Assembly: GCA_934447715.1 (NCBI GenBank)
Contig: CAKSER010000003.1
Coordinates: 42,307 to 106,306 of the forward strand
Length of the DNA stretch: 64,000 bases
Direction of reading: 5' to 3'
Source of the DNA: an uncultured Eubacteriales bacterium
Lineage (GTDB): Bacteria > Bacillota > Clostridia > Oscillospirales > CAG-272
Shown here: one piece after another, positions 53,125 through 62,145 of the stretch
How positions within the stretch are numbered: the first letter of the stretch is position 1
Layout of the letters: each line of letters opens with the position of its first letter
Position numbers and translations under genes: made by a program
The notes under the pieces: generated by a model
Database searches by the model: none
What the model saw: the letters and a program-made list of their open reading frames with translations, nothing else
What the model was told of the DNA's origin: nothing

Positions 53125-53764
53125 AACGAGCGAAGCGAATAAGACGAACAAAGCGGACAGAACGGATAAGACGAACCGGCTTGAGGGCGATAAGACCGGC
53201 AGTACAGGCAATGCTTCCGACCGCAGCACCGACCGCCGTAATGAAAGGAGCGGATATTTTAAAGCGGTGACCGATGTGCAGAGGATGCTTTATACCGTGT
53301 CGCAGGTAAAGGACAGTATCCCGAAGGTTTTGCCGGACGGAATATACGGACCGGAAACGGCAGAGGCGGTGTCGGCGTTTCAGCACCTACGCGGTCTTCC
53401 GGAAACAAAAAGGGTAGACAACGAAACCTACAGGGCGCTGTATGACGAATTTGTTCTTGCCGAAGAAAGGTTAAGCGAACCGAAGCGGATTGCTCCGTTT
53501 TCCTTGCGCCTATGCGGCGGAATGCTGTGTGCGGGAGATAATTGCGACACGGTTCTTATTCTTCAGGTGATGCTTAATACCATCCGGATTGAATACGACT
53601 GTATTCCGGAGCAGAGAACCGACGGGGTTTTTGACACCGACACCGAGGAGGCAATAAGAAGCTTTCAGAGGATTAATTTCCTTGAGCCGACCGGAAGGGT
53701 GGACAAAAAAACCTGGGACAGACTGGCGGATTCCTATAATAAATACGTTAAATATGAAATGTGA
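53117..53764 (+). CDS. peptidoglycan-binding protein (two PG_binding_1 repeats)
   Basis: Start at ATG 53117 (MDKTSE...), overlapping the upstream stop (ATGGATAA). Repeats PDGIYGPETAEAVSAFQ and TDGVFDTDTEEAIRSFQ. Confidence 0.7.
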   Translation: MDKTSEANKTNKADRTDKTNRLEGDKTGSTGNASDRSTDRRNERSGYFKAVTDVQRMLYTVSQVKDSIPKVLPDGIYGPETAEAVSAFQHLRGLPETKRVDNETYRALYDEFVLAEERLSEPKRIAPFSLRLCGGMLCAGDNCDTVLILQVMLNTIRIEYDCIPEQRTDGVFDTDTEEAIRSFQRINFLEPTGRVDKKTWDRLADSYNKYVKYEM

Positions 53765-53835
53765 CGGCGATAATATCGGATAAGAGCAAAACCCGATAAT
53801 CAGGTAAAAAATAAAGAAGTAAAAAAGGAGCTGTC

Positions 53836-56283
53836 ATGACAAGCAGATTTACATCATCGGCGCAGAACGCACTTAACAAGTCGCTTTATATTGCAAGAGA
53901 GCTCGGTCATACCTATGTCGGCACCGAGCATCTTTTGCTCGGTCTGATCTATGAAAGGGATTCGGTTGCGGCGACCGTTCTCGAAGGGCAGGGGATGACA
54001 GTATTTTCTCTACGGGAGGCGCTTGAGATAACCTCCGGCACCGGCTCAAAATCCTCTGTTTCCTCGCTCGATATGACCCCTAGGCTGAAAAGGGTAATCG
54101 AGCAGTCAGCCTCTGCCTCCGAAAAATACGGGCAGCAGTATATCGGAACCGAGCATCTGCTGCTTTCGCTCATGGAGGAAAAGGACAGCTCGGCTGTAAG
54201 GCTTGTAAGACTGCAGGGGGCGTTTCCGTCGTCGGTGTGCGCCGAAATTGTCTCGGTTTTAAGCGAAGGCTCTTCGCTTCTTTCTGCTCTTGAGGATAAT
54301 TCGGGCGCCTTTGAGGGGAAAAGAAGCTACCTTTCGCCGATTGCATCCTTTCCTAATCTTTCAAGGTTCGGAAAGGATATCACTCTGTCCGCGTCAAAGG
54401 GAAAGCTCGACCCGATTGTGGGAAGAAAAAAGGAGATCGACAGGACAATCGGAATCCTCTGCAGAAGGACAAAGAACAATCCCTGCCTTATAGGCGAGCC
54501 GGGCGTCGGAAAAACCGCAATCGTCGAGGGACTTTCTCTTCTCATTGCAAACGGAGAGGTTCCTTCCTGTCTTCAAAAAAAGAGCATCGTCAGCCTTGAC
54601 ATGGCGGCGATGATTGCCGGGGCAAAGTACCGCGGCGAGTTTGAGGAAAGGATGAAGGGAATTATAAACGAGCTTTCAAGGCTGCCGGATGTGATCCTTT
54701 TTATTGACGAAATGCACACCCTGATCGGTGCAGGCTCGGCAGAGGGCGCGCTTGATGCGGCAAATATAATCAAGCCGGCGCTTGCAAGGGGAGAAATTCA
54801 GGTGATCGGCGCAACGACCGTCTCGGAATACAGAAAAAGGATAGAAAAGGATCCTGCGCTCGAAAGAAGATTCCAGCCGGTAAATGTCGAGGAGCCGACC
54901 CCTGAGGAGACGGCGGAAATTTTAAAGGGAATACGGGACAGATATGAGGCATTTCACCGAGTAAGGATAACCGACGGTGCAATACGTGCTGCAGTCGACC
55001 TTTCGGTAAGATATCTTTGCGACAGATTTCTTCCGGACAAGGCGATCGATCTTATCGACGAGGCGGCGTCGAAAGCAAAGATTAAAAAAACCGGAATGTC
55101 AAAGGAGCTTTCAAGGCTGAAGGACAGCTACTATCTGGCTCTTAGCGAAAAGGAGGAGGCGATTATAAGGCAGGATTTTGAAAAAGCCGCCGAGATGAAG
55201 GAAAAGGAGGAAAGAGCAAAAAGCCTTTACGAATCCGAAAAGCAGAGCAGTAAAGAGAAAAACGCCATTCTTTCTGTCAAAGAGGAGGATATTGCGGATG
55301 TCGTGACGGCAATGACCGGAATCGAGGCAAATGTTATAACAAAGAGCGAGGCGGACAGGCTTTTTAACCTTTCGGATGAGCTGAAAAAGAGAGTTATAGG
55401 CCAAAATGAGGCGGCAGAGCTTGTTGCAAGGGCGATAAGGAGGGGGAGAACCGGGATCGGGGACAGGAATCGCCCGATCGGAAGCTTTGTTTTTTCGGGA
55501 TCGACCGGAGTCGGGAAAACCGAGCTCTGCCTTTCTCTTGCAGAGGTGCTTTTCGGCGACAGGAGAGCGGTAATAAAGCTTGATATGTCGGAATATTCAG
55601 AAAAGAACAGCGTTTCGAAGCTGATAGGCTCCCCTCCCGGATATGTAGGCTATGAGGACGGAGGTGGGCTTGTGACGCTGATACGCCGCAGACCGTATTC
55701 GGTTGTGGTTTTTGATGAGATCGAAAAGGCGCATCCGGATGTGTGGAATCTGCTTTTACAGGTGCTCGAGGACGGAAGGCTTACCGATTCTCAGGGCAGA
55801 AGAGCGGATTTTCGGAATGCGGTTATAATAATGACGACAAACGCAGGCTCAAGGGCGCTCCTTTCAAAGGCAGGACAGCTCGGCTTTTCCGGGTCTTTGC
55901 CGGATTCCGACTCTGACGAAAGGAAAAAAAGGGTCCTTTTTGAGCTGAAAGACATCTTTCCTCCGGAATTTCTCGGCAGAATCGATGAAATCGTGGTTTT
56001 TCGCACTCTCGGAGAAGAAGAGGCAAAAAAAATAACCTGCCTTCTTCTCGACAAAACCAAAAAAAGAGTAAAGGAGGCAGGATATGATATTGAATTTTCG
56101 GATGAGGCAATAAGCTATATTGCAAAGGCTGCAAGCGATCCGTCAAGCGGAGCAAGACCGATACGAAGGAAAATCCAAAATGAGATTGAGGACAGAATAT
56201 CCGACAGGATTATCGACCGAAGCCTTCGCAAGGGGGATAAAATAGCAGTAGGCTGTGAAAACGGCGAAATAGTGCTTAGATAA
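53836..56283 (+). CDS. clpC: ATP-dependent Clp protease ATP-binding subunit ClpC
   Basis: 815 aa. Two Clp_N repeats, two AAA+ modules (GEPGVGKT, GSTGVGKT) and a short middle domain FEKAAEMKEKEE. AAGGAG SD present. Confidence 0.93.
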   Translation: MTSRFTSSAQNALNKSLYIARELGHTYVGTEHLLLGLIYERDSVAATVLEGQGMTVFSLREALEITSGTGSKSSVSSLDMTPRLKRVIEQSASASEKYGQQYIGTEHLLLSLMEEKDSSAVRLVRLQGAFPSSVCAEIVSVLSEGSSLLSALEDNSGAFEGKRSYLSPIASFPNLSRFGKDITLSASKGKLDPIVGRKKEIDRTIGILCRRTKNNPCLIGEPGVGKTAIVEGLSLLIANGEVPSCLQKKSIVSLDMAAMIAGAKYRGEFEERMKGIINELSRLPDVILFIDEMHTLIGAGSAEGALDAANIIKPALARGEIQVIGATTVSEYRKRIEKDPALERRFQPVNVEEPTPEETAEILKGIRDRYEAFHRVRITDGAIRAAVDLSVRYLCDRFLPDKAIDLIDEAASKAKIKKTGMSKELSRLKDSYYLALSEKEEAIIRQDFEKAAEMKEKEERAKSLYESEKQSSKEKNAILSVKEEDIADVVTAMTGIEANVITKSEADRLFNLSDELKKRVIGQNEAAELVARAIRRGRTGIGDRNRPIGSFVFSGSTGVGKTELCLSLAEVLFGDRRAVIKLDMSEYSEKNSVSKLIGSPPGYVGYEDGGGLVTLIRRRPYSVVVFDEIEKAHPDVWNLLLQVLEDGRLTDSQGRRADFRNAVIIMTTNAGSRALLSKAGQLGFSGSLPDSDSDERKKRVLFELKDIFPPEFLGRIDEIVVFRTLGEEEAKKITCLLLDKTKKRVKEAGYDIEFSDEAISYIAKAASDPSSGARPIRRKIQNEIEDRISDRIIDRSLRKGDKIAVGCENGEIVLR

Positions 56284-57301
56284 GCCCACCGAAAACATCG
56301 AGAAACAGCATCAGCGCAAGAGACAGCTCTGCGTCGCAGCTTCTGAATATTCCGGGACGTCCGATACCGGCACCGATCCGATCCCTTTCGGATACCGGAA
56401 CCGTTTTGCAGGGGACATAGAAGATAAACGAGCCGTTGTCCTCCTGATATTTGTTCTGCATTTTGAGCAGCTCGATAAGATTTCTCTGCTCCGGGGTCTG
56501 CTCGGTCTCGGTTCTTTTGATCGAAAGAGCAAGGACGACAACACTGCCGTATATCCTGAGCGTAAGAATACCGGGCTGCCCCTCGGTCAGCTTCGATGTG
56601 AGAAGAATCAGCGAACAACAGGAGGAAATGAATTTTTCAAATCCGTCAAAGCGGCCGAGCATGTTGAGATCGGCATTCGATATCCTGTCGACTACCGAGA
56701 TAAGGCGTATATCCGCTCTCATATATGCGTCAATAACACTGCGCAGAACCGCGATTCCGTCAAAGCAGTCAAAATAGTCAAAGTCCGGCGATGAAAGCCG
56801 CCTTTGCTCGATCGTAAAGCGCACGAGCCGGTCGAGCCTGTCCGGAACCGAAAGGAGAAAGCTGTTGCTTTCCGGCAGATTCCTTCCGCTTTCGGCATAT
56901 TCAAAAAGGGTTTTTGCAACATAGTCAAAGCAGTTTGTAATACTGAACGACATTCCGCACCGAAACGAGTCCTCGAAGATGAACTGCAGAAGGCGGAAGA
57001 AGAAAACATAAACGCCCTCCGGCCTTTTGTGAATGAATGCGGAGTGGCAGAGCTCTCTTTTTCTTACCCTTGCCTGAATAATTCTTTCGGATATGACGCA
57101 GGGGCGCACCTCGCCGTCAAGAAGCTGAATCTTGCTCGCGTCCGAGTCTGAAATCCGCTCCTTTATATTCCTGCATCTTCGAAAGTCGTCAACCGACCGC
57201 AGCGCCTTGTTTTTAAAGAGTATCTGTCCGTCGTTTTCGCACAGCAGTATCGGAAAATCGCAGAGATCAAGCCCGGTTTTTAAAACAGTTTCATCCTTCA
57301 T
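56276..57301 (-). CDS. hypothetical protein
   Basis: 341 aa, no TM segments. I recognise no family. The 3' end overlaps the clpC 3' end by 8 nt (convergent). Confidence 0.45.
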   Translation of the reverse strand: MKDETVLKTGLDLCDFPILLCENDGQILFKNKALRSVDDFRRCRNIKERISDSDASKIQLLDGEVRPCVISERIIQARVRKRELCHSAFIHKRPEGVYVFFFRLLQFIFEDSFRCGMSFSITNCFDYVAKTLFEYAESGRNLPESNSFLLSVPDRLDRLVRFTIEQRRLSSPDFDYFDCFDGIAVLRSVIDAYMRADIRLISVVDRISNADLNMLGRFDGFEKFISSCCSLILLTSKLTEGQPGILTLRIYGSVVVLALSIKRTETEQTPEQRNLIELLKMQNKYQEDNGSFIFYVPCKTVPVSERDRIGAGIGRPGIFRSCDAELSLALMLFLDVFGGLI

Positions 57302-57322
57302 TTCTATACACCGCCTATACTC

Positions 57323-58135
57323 TTATATTTTTTCATATACCGATATAATAAAATCGAGATTTGTATCGACAAAGTCGAGCGAGAGGTATTTTTCTGCGTC
57401 CGCCTTCGATGTTTTCCAGTAGTACGGGGTCATTGCAAGCAGATTTGAAAGATCCTCTTTTTCTATGTGGGAGGAATACCTGCACCGGGTGTCTGAAATA
57501 TGCTTAAATAAGGAAAGCTCCTTTGCCGTTTCGTCGTTTTTGTAGGTGCTTTCGTATATTGCGCTCTTCATGCCGTCAAGATGATCGGCTCCGGGATGGC
57601 AGACAATCAGCTTTCCTTTTTCTTTAAGAACCCTTGCCGCCTCCTTTTCGGGGATAGGCGCAAATACCGACAGGACGCAGTCAAACGAGCAGTCGAAAAC
57701 CGGCATGTCGAATATTCCGCATACGGCATAAAAAATGTCGTGCGTTTCTGTTTTCAGCAGCTTTGAGGCAAATCTTACCGAATCCTTTGCAAGGTCGATC
57801 CCAAGACCTGAGAATTTGTCGCCGCCGTACATGCCTGCCGCCGCACGAAGATAATATCCCTCGCCGCACCCGGCATCAAGAACGGATACTTTATCCGGAA
57901 ACAGGGAGCGGACGGTCCTTGCAAGCTCTGATGCAAACGGGCGGTAGTAGTCCTTTCGAAGAAAGTCCCTTCTTGCCCGGCACATCATCCTGTCGTCTCC
58001 GCTTCCTCCCTTATTGCAGCCGAGATTTACATATCCGTCGGAGGAAATATCAAACGAGTGCAGGTTTTTGCATCGGAGGCTTTTATCTGCTTTTTCAAGT
58101 CTTTCCCTGCATATCGGGCATCGAAGTTCTACCAT
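57323..58135 (-). CDS. 23S rRNA (guanine-N1)-methyltransferase RlmA family
   Basis: Start at ATG 58135 (MVELRCPICRERL...LRCKNLHSFDISSDGYVNL is the RlmA zinc-finger N-terminus). SAM motif VLDAGCGEGYY. Confidence 0.8.
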   Translation of the reverse strand: MVELRCPICRERLEKADKSLRCKNLHSFDISSDGYVNLGCNKGGSGDDRMMCRARRDFLRKDYYRPFASELARTVRSLFPDKVSVLDAGCGEGYYLRAAAGMYGGDKFSGLGIDLAKDSVRFASKLLKTETHDIFYAVCGIFDMPVFDCSFDCVLSVFAPIPEKEAARVLKEKGKLIVCHPGADHLDGMKSAIYESTYKNDETAKELSLFKHISDTRCRYSSHIEKEDLSNLLAMTPYYWKTSKADAEKYLSLDFVDTNLDFIISVYEKI

Positions 58136-58395
58136 TTTATTCTTTCCGTTTCGCACAACTGTTTTCCATATTTTGTAATATTATACCATTATTTGTGTTT
58201 TCTGTCAAGAACATGTCGAAAAATGAATGCTTTAGTCCTCCCAAAATATCGACAAAAAACGGCATAAAACGTGCTCAAAAAATTCTTATTTTGATATAAT
58301 TAGACAAAATATACAAACAAAGAACAAAAAGGAACTAATTTGAAGAAACAAAACTGAAATAAATTGTATAAACCTCCGATTTTGCCCCTTTTCGG

Positions 58396-58424
58396 TTGAC
58401 AAAATCACATGGCAGTGATAGAAT
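58396..58424 (+). promoter_or_regulatory. sigma-A type promoter for the small acidic lipoprotein gene
   Basis: TTGACA-17 nt-TAGAAT. Confidence 0.55.
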
Positions 58425-58482
58425 ACGCTCACGCTTAAATCCAAGGAAAGAAAAATTTAGTATAAAAAAGAGGTAATTAAAA

Positions 58483-58749
58483 ATGAAAACAATCGTTTCA
58501 AGAATTCTTGTTGTTCTTATGATCGCAGCAGTTGCAATCTTCACAGTTTCCTGCAAGACAGATAAAAAGGATCCCGAGACATCGGCAGAGGTAACTACAG
58601 ACAAGGTTACAACAGATGATACCACTACAGCAGATGTAACAGACGGTGTTACAGATGAGGCTTCCGATGAAGTATCCGATGAGGCTACAGAGGAAGTTAC
58701 AGACGAAGCAACAGACGGCGCTTCTGAGGAAGCAACAGACGCTGAATAA
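58483..58749 (+). CDS. small acidic lipoprotein
   Basis: 88 aa. Lipobox FTVSC, then a Thr/Asp/Glu-rich repetitive tail. Has its own promoter and terminator. Confidence 0.6.
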   Translation: MKTIVSRILVVLMIAAVAIFTVSCKTDKKDPETSAEVTTDKVTTDDTTTADVTDGVTDEASDEVSDEATEEVTDEATDGASEEATDAE

Positions 58750-58791
58750 GTCTTTTACTTAAATAAGTAAACCTGAAAAACAAAACAAAGA

Positions 58792-58830
58792 AAGCAGCCG
58801 CCGATTTTATTTCGGCGGCTGCTTTTCTCT
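58792..58830 (+). terminator. intrinsic terminator after the small lipoprotein gene
   Basis: AGCAGCCGCCGA-ttttattt-CGGCGGCTGCT followed by TTTCTCTTT. Confidence 0.75.
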
Positions 58831-58863
58831 TTGTGATTTTTTTCTTTACGGAAAATAAAAGCG

Positions 58864-58892
58864 TTGCAAAATAACATGTGACGTGCTACAAT
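58864..58892 (+). promoter_or_regulatory. sigma-A type promoter for the 58952 gene
   Basis: TTGCAA-17 nt-TACAAT. Confidence 0.55.
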
Positions 58893-58951
58893 GGTGCAGG
58901 GAAAACCGCAACATGCAAAACACAACACGAAAACAAAAAGGAGAGGATCAT

Positions 58952-59620
58952 ATGATCTACCGTTTAATCTACACAGGACAGCTAAAGGAGGGCGTTACAA
59001 AGGAGAGCTTCAAGGAGGCTCTTAACTGCTGTAAGCGCCCGGAATGCATAGTTACGCTCAGCGTCATTCTCTGGAAGGAAAGATTCTTCCTCTACTACGA
59101 ATCAAAGGACGACGAGAGCATAACGCCGGAGTACCTTTTCGAGGGAATCGAAAAGTATCTTGAGGCGTGGCCGGGAGAACCGGAGAAGAGATACTTTATC
59201 AGAATGTATGATATATTCCATTACAACAGACCGGTAGTGGACGAGGAATGGATGAGGCACCAGCCGTCATTCCCGTATGCATGGCTCATGAAGATCAAGC
59301 CGGACATGCTCGGCTCGTATATCTTCTATCATCAGCAGATGCAGGAGGAGACTCCGGGCTGCGGTAACAAGTACGGAATTATCTGCGTGCACGAGAATCT
59401 GCTTCTGTTCTATATCGAGAACCCGGATTATCCGAACAGCCTTTGCTTCAAGGGAAAGCTGAACACGCACAATTCCCCGAAGAACTGGCCGGAGCTCATG
59501 AACGAGCATTTCGCGCCCTGGCCGGACACCGATCCGCCTATCCAGTGGAGAAAGGACACCGAGCTTATCTTCCACTTTGAAAAGATAGTTCCGATGCCGA
59601 AGCTGGACAATCTTGGCTGA
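58952..59620 (+). CDS. hypothetical protein with two L-rhamnose-mutarotase-like (dimeric alpha/beta barrel) halves
   Basis: Start at ATG 58952, after AAGGAGAGGA. Both halves show the RhaM-like pattern (FFLYYES...WPG...F and LLLFYIENPD...W). The assignment is weak. Confidence 0.4.
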   Translation: MIYRLIYTGQLKEGVTKESFKEALNCCKRPECIVTLSVILWKERFFLYYESKDDESITPEYLFEGIEKYLEAWPGEPEKRYFIRMYDIFHYNRPVVDEEWMRHQPSFPYAWLMKIKPDMLGSYIFYHQQMQEETPGCGNKYGIICVHENLLLFYIENPDYPNSLCFKGKLNTHNSPKNWPELMNEHFAPWPDTDPPIQWRKDTELIFHFEKIVPMPKLDNLG

Positions 59621-59666
59621 TGCCTGAATGCCCGAAAAAGCAAAAACAAAAAAAGAAAAACGAAAA

Positions 59667-59712
59667 CCGGAGAGCCGTCCTTTCGGATGGCACTCCGGTG
59701 ATTTTTCTTTTT
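59667..59712 (+). terminator. intrinsic terminator after the 58952 gene
   Basis: CCGGAGAGCCGTCC-tttc-GGATGGCACTCCGG followed by TGATTTTTCTTTTT. Confidence 0.75.
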
Positions 59713-59823
59713 CAGGCTGACCGCTGCCGGACCTTTGCCCGGTCTATGCCGACCGCTGTCAGGCTGCTGCTAAACCTCTGCCCGGCTGCTGCCCGGCATT
59801 TGCCCACTGCTGCCCGGACGATA

Positions 59824-60045
59824 TCAGTCCTTGCAGAATTTTTTGATCCTTGCGTAGATGTCGTTTTCCGAAACGCAGTAAAGAGAATTCCACTCGACAG
59901 ATGCCATTGCACCGAGCAGGCTCTTTCCGTTTACGCAAAATCCCTCGTCGTCCATGAGCTTGACATAGCCCTCGACGCCGGTAACAGCGTTTACGAATTC
60001 GACAATATCGCTTGTTGTGACAAGCTCGATCTTATATTTTACCAT
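59824..60045 (-). CDS. HPr-like small protein lacking the catalytic His
   Basis: 73 aa. GFCVNGKSLLGAMASV matches the HPr region around Ser46. The His15 position is replaced (TTSDIVEF). Confidence 0.5.
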   Translation of the reverse strand: MVKYKIELVTTSDIVEFVNAVTGVEGYVKLMDDEGFCVNGKSLLGAMASVEWNSLYCVSENDIYARIKKFCKD

Positions 60046-60108
60046 AATAATAAACCGCCTTTCTAAAACGCTTAAGGCATGCCGAGTCTGTTCTCGGCTG
60101 CCGATTTC

Positions 60109-60137
60109 ATTGTATCAGAAATAAAGCAAAATTGCAA
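60109..60137 (-). promoter_or_regulatory. sigma-A type promoter for the HPr-like gene
   Basis: TTGCAA-17 nt-TACAAT on the minus strand. Confidence 0.55.
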
Positions 60138-60196
60138 CAGCAATTTTTCGCTGCCTGTAATTTTGTATGTTGTTTTATTATCCGGACGGAAAATGC

Positions 60197-61354
60197 TTAT
60201 TTTAAAGCATCGGCAAGCCTTTCGAGCGCCGGAATATCGCTTTCCTTAAGCGCCGATTTAATTGTGACAACAGGCTCAACAACCGTAATGTTTTTCATTG
60301 TGTCAAGTATGCCGCGCATCGTCTTTGCCGCCGAAGGAGCCCATGAGCCGTTTTCGATGATTCCTACGGTTCTGTTCTGGTAGGCCTTTGCCTGAAGATG
60401 ATAAAGGAAATCCTGCATGACAGGGAAAACGCCTGCGTCATAGCTTGCAGCGGCTAAAACCATTCTGTCGTATCTGAATGCATCCTCAACCGCTTCCGAA
60501 ATATCGCATCTTGAAAGATCCGAAACAACAACCTTTTCCTCTCCCCCGTCGCGGAGCATGTCCGCAAACCTGTTTGCTGCCGCAGCGGTATTTCCGTGAA
60601 TGGAGGCATATGCTATAAATACGCCCTTGCTTTCCGGCTTGTAGCTGCTCCAGGTGTTGTATAGATCAATATAATATCCGAGATTGTCGGAAAGCACCGG
60701 TCCGTGCAGGGGGCAGATCATTTTGATATCAAGAGCCGAAGCCTTCTTTAACAGGGTCTGTACAGGAGCGCCGTATTTGCCGACTATATTAAAGTAATAT
60801 CTTCTTGCTTCGCATGCCCAGTCTTCGTTTTCGGTAAGAGAAAGCGCTCCGAATTTTCCGAATCCGTCTGCCGAAAAAAGGATTTTTTCGCTGCTTTCAT
60901 ATGTTACCATGACCTCGGGCCAGTGAACCATCGGAGCCATAACAAATGTAAGCTTGTGAGAGCCGAGCTCAAGGCTGTCTCCCTCTTTGACCGTGAGAGA
61001 ATTCTTAATGTCAACCTTTTCGAAAAACTGATTGATCATGACAAATGTCTTTGCATTGCCGACAACCGTTATATCGGGGAAAAGCTCAAGAAGCCTTGCA
61101 AAGCTCCCGGCGTGATCCGGTTCCATATGCTGGACTATGACATAATCCGGCTTTCTTTTGCCAAGCGTCCTTAAGAGTTTTTCCTCCCACTCCTTCATTT
61201 TACGCTTGTCGACCGTGTCCATGACGGCGATTTTTTCATCAAGAATTACATATGAATTGTATGAAACCCCTTTCGGGACAGGATACTGACTTTCAAATAA
61301 ATCTATTGCTGTGTCGTCAACACCGATATATTTTACCGAATCCGATATATTCAT
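60197..61354 (-). CDS. FprA family A-type flavoprotein (flavodiiron protein)
   Basis: Start at ATG 61354 (MNISDSVKYIGVDD...), after AAGGAG. Metallo-beta-lactamase-like VQHMEPDHAGS plus a C-terminal flavodoxin domain. Confidence 0.9.
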   Translation of the reverse strand: MNISDSVKYIGVDDTAIDLFESQYPVPKGVSYNSYVILDEKIAVMDTVDKRKMKEWEEKLLRTLGKRKPDYVIVQHMEPDHAGSFARLLELFPDITVVGNAKTFVMINQFFEKVDIKNSLTVKEGDSLELGSHKLTFVMAPMVHWPEVMVTYESSEKILFSADGFGKFGALSLTENEDWACEARRYYFNIVGKYGAPVQTLLKKASALDIKMICPLHGPVLSDNLGYYIDLYNTWSSYKPESKGVFIAYASIHGNTAAAANRFADMLRDGGEEKVVVSDLSRCDISEAVEDAFRYDRMVLAAASYDAGVFPVMQDFLYHLQAKAYQNRTVGIIENGSWAPSAAKTMRGILDTMKNITVVEPVVTIKSALKESDIPALERLADALK

Positions 61355-61457
61355 GCTTATATCTCCTTTAATGTTAAATACTACATTCCTAAGTATAGCA
61401 CTTATTTTAAAGAAGATAAAGGGCAATTGTTTTAAGAAATCAATTTTTTATTATTTT

Positions 61458-62120
61458 TTACTTCTTTTTGAGAAACGCGGAGGAAAAAAGATATATATCA
61501 AGGAAAAGAAGAAGAGGTGAGCCGTTAAGGCAAAGGAAAATATAAACCGAAAAAAGCCAGAAGACAGCTAAAAATACAAACGAGATGACCGAAAGCAGCG
61601 TGTGCGCCCTTTGCGGATCAAGACCTGTCTGAAGCAGGCAGTAAAGAAGATCGCCGCCGTCAAGACCGATTATCGGAAGCATGTTAAGGGCTGCAAGCAG
61701 CAGATTGCATACAAAAAAATCCGAAGCGCCGAAAAAAGGAAAGGAGATTCCGGCAAAAAGAAGGTTAAAGGCAATTCCGCTTCCGCAGATAAAAGCCTCC
61801 TTAAGATATGTTTTTGCCGGCAGGGCATCAAGCTGCGCCCCGATCGGCAGAATCGTTATTTTAAGGATTTTTCCTTTGCAGAGAAGAATTGCAAGAACAT
61901 GCCCGAGCTCGTGAAGAAGTGCGGCAAGAAGAGACAGCGCCGAAAAGCGGAAAAGCAGCGCAAGAGCAAAAAAAGGAATTGCAAGAGGGCTTATCGATAT
62001 AAGCGGCCCTCTTTTTTCAGAAAAATACGGCAAGCTATTGCCCCCGGGATTGATTTGTGGTATATTTATTTCAAGTATATTATAATTGAAGCAAAAAAAT
62101 CCCGATCCGAGGGGAAACAT
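61458..62120 (-). CDS. M50 family (site-2 protease, SpoIVFB-like) metallopeptidase
   Basis: HELGH in a TM helix and LNMLPIIGLDGG. The N-terminal boundary is uncertain. Confidence 0.7.
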   Translation of the reverse strand: MFPLGSGFFCFNYNILEINIPQINPGGNSLPYFSEKRGPLISISPLAIPFFALALLFRFSALSLLAALLHELGHVLAILLCKGKILKITILPIGAQLDALPAKTYLKEAFICGSGIAFNLLFAGISFPFFGASDFFVCNLLLAALNMLPIIGLDGGDLLYCLLQTGLDPQRAHTLLSVISFVFLAVFWLFSVYIFLCLNGSPLLLFLDIYLFSSAFLKKK

Positions 62121-62145
62121 ATAACAAAAAAGAGGAAAAAATAAG

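Noticed and set aside
53765-53835. CtsR operator upstream of clpC (and CIRCE upstream of htpG)
   Set aside because: No GGTCAAA direct repeat or TTAGCACTC-N9-GAGTGCTAA element is present in either region.
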